Shown here in pieces: positions 58,106 through 64,000 of a stretch of DNA of 64,000 nucleotides (its first letter is position 1; each line of letters opens with the position of its first letter). Both the position numbers and the translations under genes were made by a program. The DNA is taken from NCBI GenBank assembly GCA_046563655.1, contig CM102286.1, forward strand, positions 372,001 through 436,000, written 5' to 3'. This DNA comes from Yuukianura sp. NJ FZ-2021 (taxonomy: Eukaryota). The notes beneath the pieces are model-generated. The model was not told the origin of the DNA and made no database searches. It saw only the letters and a list, made by a program, of their open reading frames with translations.

Positions 58106-61100
58106 CACTTGACCTGACCTCAAGAACAATCACATAAATCACTCTCCCAACTATACACTCAGATCAATTCAAAATAATGTTAGTACATATTCTGATAACA
58201 CTAACATATTGAACAATGATTGTTTGACTATTAAAATTCAGGAGACACAGTAGCACAAAATGGTAATTTGAACTTTGTCATTCTCGTTTTCAAAAAAATG
58301 AAGTTGAAAAAAAAACAGTAGTTTTTTTGATTGTCAAGACAAGGATGATTAGTACAAATGAAAAGGTTAAACTAAACTGTCAAACAAAGTTGTTTTGAGA
58401 GATTTCAATCTTTGTTGAAACGATACAACTATTGCTGATTATCAGATTTCGAAAAAAAAATCCCTCTTTTGGTTACGTTTTTGAAAAGTGGAATCTTGAT
58501 TTTCGTTTTTTTTTTTAAAAGTACGCCAAGATGTTAGGTTGACTTTGGAACAAGGAAATGTCATTGTCTTATCTGAGACAATGACATGTTCAAACTGTCA
58601 CTCGAGGGAGAAATGACAAAACGCGCAGATTCAAAATCCAAATGACGCTCATTACAATTGTACAACACAAAAAGTTGGTGAATCTCAAAGTATAATGGGT
58701 TAGAATTGTCAATTTGAACAACTTTTGTTCTAAACTTGTTCTAAAATGTCAATTTTTGTTCTAAACTTGTTCTAAAATGTTTGTTTTAAAATTGGTACTT
58801 AAAAAAAGTGGGGTTGAAATACACTTCTCCTGGGAAATGACATCAAACATCAGTTTCAGTCCATTTGAATGCGAAGGGAAACTTTTTTGAAATCAAAAGT
58901 TTGAATTTGATGTTTTTTTCGCTTAAAAGTGCCATTACTCTTCTCATAATCGGTTCAATTCCCAGCGGAACTTTTGAAAACAAGAAAAAAAGCTTTTGAA
59001 TTCTGATGTTTTATTTTGAAAATGACAACATTTGTCCCACTTTCTACTCCCAGAATTTCAACAGTCAAATGTAAGTCTTTGAAAAGTTCAGTGCTGTGCA
59101 AAAGTTTTGAATTTTTTTTTAGTTTTTTGCTTAGTCTTTACTTTTAGTTTGTTTTTCGCGGATAGGCAGATTTTTGGCAGACAGGATGAAAAATGTGAGG
59201 TAAAATTTGAATTTTTTGTAACAAATTTGAATCTCCCGCTTTTTCTCCATGGTGGTCCACAAGTAAGGTGTCCAATTTATTCTTCTGATGATTTTTTAAA
59301 AACGTTAAAAAGCTTCCATCACGCAGTTTCCTTTTGTCTGTGGAAGATGAAAGTTTTAGATTAAAGTTTAACCTCAAGTGATGTGCAATTACTCACAAGT
59401 CCATTCAGCAGAATTCCAACTCAACTTATTACACTATATGATCACATAACATAACTTTTTGAAAGAGAATTTTTTTTTGAAAACGGACGATGATTAATTT
59501 GAAATTTCAGTTTTGAAGAAAGGAGCTACTGGTCTTGGTTGGTAAATAAATGGAGTGGTGCGTTAGATCTGACAGTTCAAGTTACCACCAACCACAAAAT
59601 TCAAAATTTCCGCTCTTTTGAATCTCCTTTTCAAAAAAACAACAACTTGACTCTGTGTGAATAATTTTTGAATTTATGATTTTGAAATTTGTAAACTAAC
59701 ATTTACATTAAATAAAGTTTGAAACAAATGACAAAGTCCTTTCGGATGACAATTTTCAATCTTTTTGATTTTTATCTCATCTTACCCCGGGAAGTTCAAG
59801 ATGATTTGAACTTTTTAAAAGATTTAAAAGATTACGAGCCTTCAAGGGGTCACATGACTTGTCGCCCAAGGCTAAAATTTTAAAAAATTCAAAATTCTGT
59901 TTCAATTAAAACATAATTTTTAATATAAGTAATGTTGTGTAACATGTTCAGAAATTATTTTAAATGTAAAAGTATAGAAAGTTTGTTGTTTTTAGACGTC
60001 GTTCAATCAATCAATTGAAGATTTAGTTTCGGTTATGCGCCGAGGGGCGCACAAAAGGCGCAGTTTGAAATTGAGAATTTGAATCTCCCTCCTGTGCCCA
60101 ATTGTGAATTCAGGTGATGATGCTGAGGTAATTTGCTTTTGCGAGGGACACGAGCTTAAACCATTTCTGCATTTTAAATATCCAAAGTGCACATGATGAC
60201 AAGTGCTGCAGACGTGTTTCGAAATCAGCGGCAAAAGTTTATGTTGCAACCTGCACAAAAAAATTCGCCAAAGTATCGAATGTATCTTGCCGAAAATGCA
60301 CCGCAAAGGCCACCGCACCTTCAATTTTTTGCATAATTTTATAAACGATACGGAAAAACATGAAAATGCTTTTGATTTTCAGTTTTTTTTTAAATTAAGG
60401 AATTTCGAAAGTTTAAGAAAAAAGCGATAGAGTTGTTTGAGTAAATTCAAATTTTGTAAAAAGTAGGAGTGGAAAGTGGCAATTTGAAATGTCCGCCCAT
60501 AATTTTTTAAAATAATTTCATAATCTTTGGAAGAATTTTAAAGTTTCTTGAAGTTTACTGTTTTAAAAGTTGTTGACGAAGGTTCCTGTGGTTTTAGCTT
60601 TTTTGAAACCTTTGAATTGCATACAAAGCTCGCTCTTTAACTTCTTGAATTTGTTTTTTGTCCATTGTGTTGACATTTATTTTAGAAAAAACTGAAAATA
60701 CGACCATTGTCTTCTGTTTTTCAAAAACTTACAAAGACTTCTTACTCGTGTAAGCTCAAATTTAATTGCGCTTCAACTCAAATTCCCTTTGTACAGATGA
60801 CAACTCAAATGGCCTCGCACTTTATTCTTTTCTCAACCTAATCTGACAACTAACTGTGCTGTAATTTGTAGCTCAACTTTTAACTTTTCAAAAAAAGTAA
60901 TTTGTGGTTTGAGTTGTACCAACTTTATGTTCTTGAAAAAAAAAACCAAAAAACTTCAGTTAAACTTTTTCAAACAACTTCATTTTTTGGCTAAACTCGG
61001 AGCCACTGAACTTTTCAGAAATTATTTTTAAAACTTACGTGGAAAGTTTTCAGGTTATCGTGGGTTAAATGGTTTTGAGATGTTAGGATTTTGAAAAGTT

Positions 61101-62265
61101 CATAAAATTTGAAATTGAATTTTGAAATTTTGAAAGAGTGTTCATTAATTCCAAAGTCACGACTGAGTGATGAATGGCGGTGACTTGGTTGGGTGTTGTA
61201 AATAATTGAATTGGCAGGTCGAATCCCTGCTGAACCAAGATTCACCCATTCCTCATCGCACAGCAAGATGCACCAGCACCCACGACAGGCACAAGCCAAA
61301 CCCATCCATCTAAAACCTTCACATTCAAACACGTTTTGCCACTGAAACACTCTTTTTAAAAAGTTTTAAAAAGTTTGAAATCAATTTTGAACTTTTTTAG
61401 AAACAAGATTTGAACAAAGAAACAGGAGAAAAAAATTGATGAGAGCAAATGAGGAAAAAGAAGAGAGGCAGGTGTTGAGTGGAGGGAAAAATTTATACAG
61501 AAAAAAATCTGAATTGACAAAAAACTGTTTTAATTTGAATACCCCGGAAACATTTTCAAAGTTTTAAATTTCCCGCCAGTATCACTTTACCATTCGGTCA
61601 CTTACGACCAACTTTTCCACAAAGTGGTCGTAGTTTTTGGGTCTTTTTGAAATGTTTTTTTTTTTAAATCTCAAGTTTTAAAAATCTTTGGAGTTTCAGT
61701 GAATCTTTTGGAATTTGAAAGAAGTCTTGAGGTTTTTGTTTTGCAAAGTGAGTTTTTGGTGAAAGTTTTTGCATTGGTGAGCATGCGTGAATCGGCGGGT
61801 GAGTGGGTAGGTCCTGCCTGTTTTGCGTCTCCACCCTCCGCTGTGCCTTCTTGTGAATGAAGTCCAATGAAAGTGGCATTGGAGGCAGCCGACTTACATG
61901 TTGCTTCACTTTGACATCCGAGAACAGGCATCACTCGCACAGACACGAGTCACACGAACACAACAGGTTCACTACCACTCCAACAAAGTGAAAACTCAAC
62001 CAACTTTCTCCAAAAGTTTCAATTTTCAAAGTTCCATTTCCAAATTCCAAACTTTCAAACGTTCCCCCCAAAACTTTCTCCGCCACGAGTGAACTCCGCT
62101 TGGATTTGAGTTTTGAAATCCAGAGTTTCGCAACCGGCGTTTAAAAAGTCTGGACAAAAAGCAATGAATATTTTGAACTTCCAGAATTGTGTACTTGTAC
62201 AGTGATTAAAATTTTGAAAATTTGAAAAGTTGTTGAAAATTTTTGAAAAAGTGGATTTTGAAATC

Positions 62266-62375
62266 ATGATGGGTCCAGGTGACAGCTACCCGAACCACCT
62301 CCACGCTCACCATCACCCAGGCAACCACACAATCCCTATGGATCTCCACGTCCCACAGGGATTTCCATACTACCG
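62266..62375 (+). CDS. First coding exon of a gene running off the window, possibly bHLH-PAS trachealess
   Basis: GC-rich island with ATG and strong donor CG|GTGAG, encoding MMGPGDSYPNHLHAHHHPGNHTIPMDLHVPQGFPYYR. The resemblance to the arthropod Trh N-terminus is from memory only. Confidence 0.45.
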
Positions 62376-64000
62376 GTGAGAACTATTTCGTTCTAAACAA
62401 AAGTTTTTTGAAAAGTTCTTTCAAAATTTTGAATCCTCTTGTTCGAAAAGAGGATTAATTAGTTAAGCTCCTTTTCAAAAAACACATCATCATTCACCTA
62501 ACCTGAAAAATCCCCTCACCTAACCACACCTTTTCGTAATTATGAAACCAAATTAGTTCCAATGGAACCACTCAAGTAGATCGACTCACTTGCACAATAG
62601 AAGACTTTTTAAAAAAAACTCAATTCAAATTTGAAATTGGATTAATAGCTAAACAGACAAAGATTTGCATGATCTGTTCCTGTGCTGTAGGTAAGGAGCC
62701 CTTGTAAGGGCTCCAGGAACAATAGAGGGGCCCTTATTCCCAGCAGGAACTAAAAAGCAACCACCGGAGTGGAAACCATCCTCATTTCTTTGTTTGACTA
62801 AAAGTTCAAAATTTCCCGGACTTTTTTGAAACTTTTGAATCACCCGGTACAATTTGTGTATTTAGTGTTGATTCTAATCCTCAAGTTTAATTATAAGCTC
62901 ATGAAGCTTAAGCTGCAGGGAGCCACCACATCAGCAACCACATTTTCAAAATCTCCTTTTCAAAAATAATCCCTTCAAACAATTTTTTTATGCGGTTTGT
63001 AGAAAAAAGTTTTTTGTTTAAGCAAATTCAAAATTTCAGAACGCACACTTCGAACTTAATTTGCCATTACTTTGCCATTTTTAAATAAGTTTAGCACAAG
63101 GGAAGTTTTTTTTTCGCTTGCAAATTTTTGAAAGAAGAATGAATTTTACGGTTAGGAGGAAAAAGCTGGAACAAAGCAGCGGGAATTTTAAAATTCAAAA
63201 ACGCTCCACTTTTCATTCACCCTCCAAATGTGCATAAAGTGACACCGTTTTGTTAAATGATCAGTCTAATTATAAAGTGGTTGATTATGCAGTTTTAAAT
63301 TCTATGGGAATGTGTGAACTAAAAACCAGCGGGAAAAGTGACATTTGACAAATTCAATTTTTTTTTGTTCGCATTGGTCTGGATCTCACTAAAATGCACC
63401 TAGTTAACAAGCCCCTCTGCTTAGCCTCAATTTTTCAAACTTTTTTTTCAGGAGTTGAAAAGATGCATGAAATTTCTCATTAGACAAAAATATTTTTGTA
63501 ACACCAGGATGAAAAGTGAGGACAAGAGAATTAAAGTTGTAAATTTTATTTCATCATGCTGTAAAATTCACACCTCAGCCTCATTCTAGAACGATTTTAC
63601 CATAAAATTTGAGAAAAAATTGAAAAACAAAGTTTTTAAATTTTTTTTAAGTTTTTCGAAAAATGGAGGTTTTTGGTAGCATGGATGGGTGAGTAGCCCT
63701 TAGTTTTTGTTTCCACTGTGAAATGCATTCACTGGGAAAGATTTAATGACAGGCTGCGTTTCTTGACTTTTATTTTTTGTAATCAGTCACAATCTGGAGT
63801 CCAGTTAAAAAGTACAATGTACACCATGGTTCAAAAGGCATATAATTGTACATACTATGTATATAATTCCATGTACTATGTGTATAATTAGTTATCAAAA
63901 ATGGAAAACTTAAAACAAAGACAATTAGTTGAAGTACAGAGGTGCATGGGAACATTGTTCAAATTAGACGAATTCAACAACACTTTTTAGTAAAGAGTGC

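Overview
AT-rich eukaryotic DNA with short GT-AG introns, probably an invertebrate/arthropod (a springtail-like hexapod is a guess I cannot verify). I spliced the genes by hand, since the ORF track shows only exon fragments. Almost all genes lie on the minus strand. Left to right: a 4-TM MARVEL-like gene; a tandem family of secreted beta/gamma-crystallin-like proteins (4 intact copies, 1 pseudogene) with signal peptide, variable often acidic spacer and strongly cationic domain; a 3.5-kb head-to-tail array of four Helentron-type non-autonomous (HINE/DINE-1-like) elements inside the intron of one copy; an LRAT/PLAAT-domain gene with catalytic NCEH changed to NSEH; an EF-hand gene; Ena/VASP; a CaMKIV-like kinase; a divergent Cys-rich SNAP-25; seven tandem BTB-BACK genes (4 with a PHR-like domain, 3 with alternative tails); a GPI-type Ly6/three-finger gene; ALG14; ~9 kb of apparently non-coding DNA; and a plus-strand first coding exon, possibly trachealess. 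The best candidate for an undescribed system is the duplicated MARVEL / cationic secreted crystallin / LRAT pseudoenzyme block, followed by the tail-swapping BTB adaptor array. Family calls rest on motif recognition; no database search was run.
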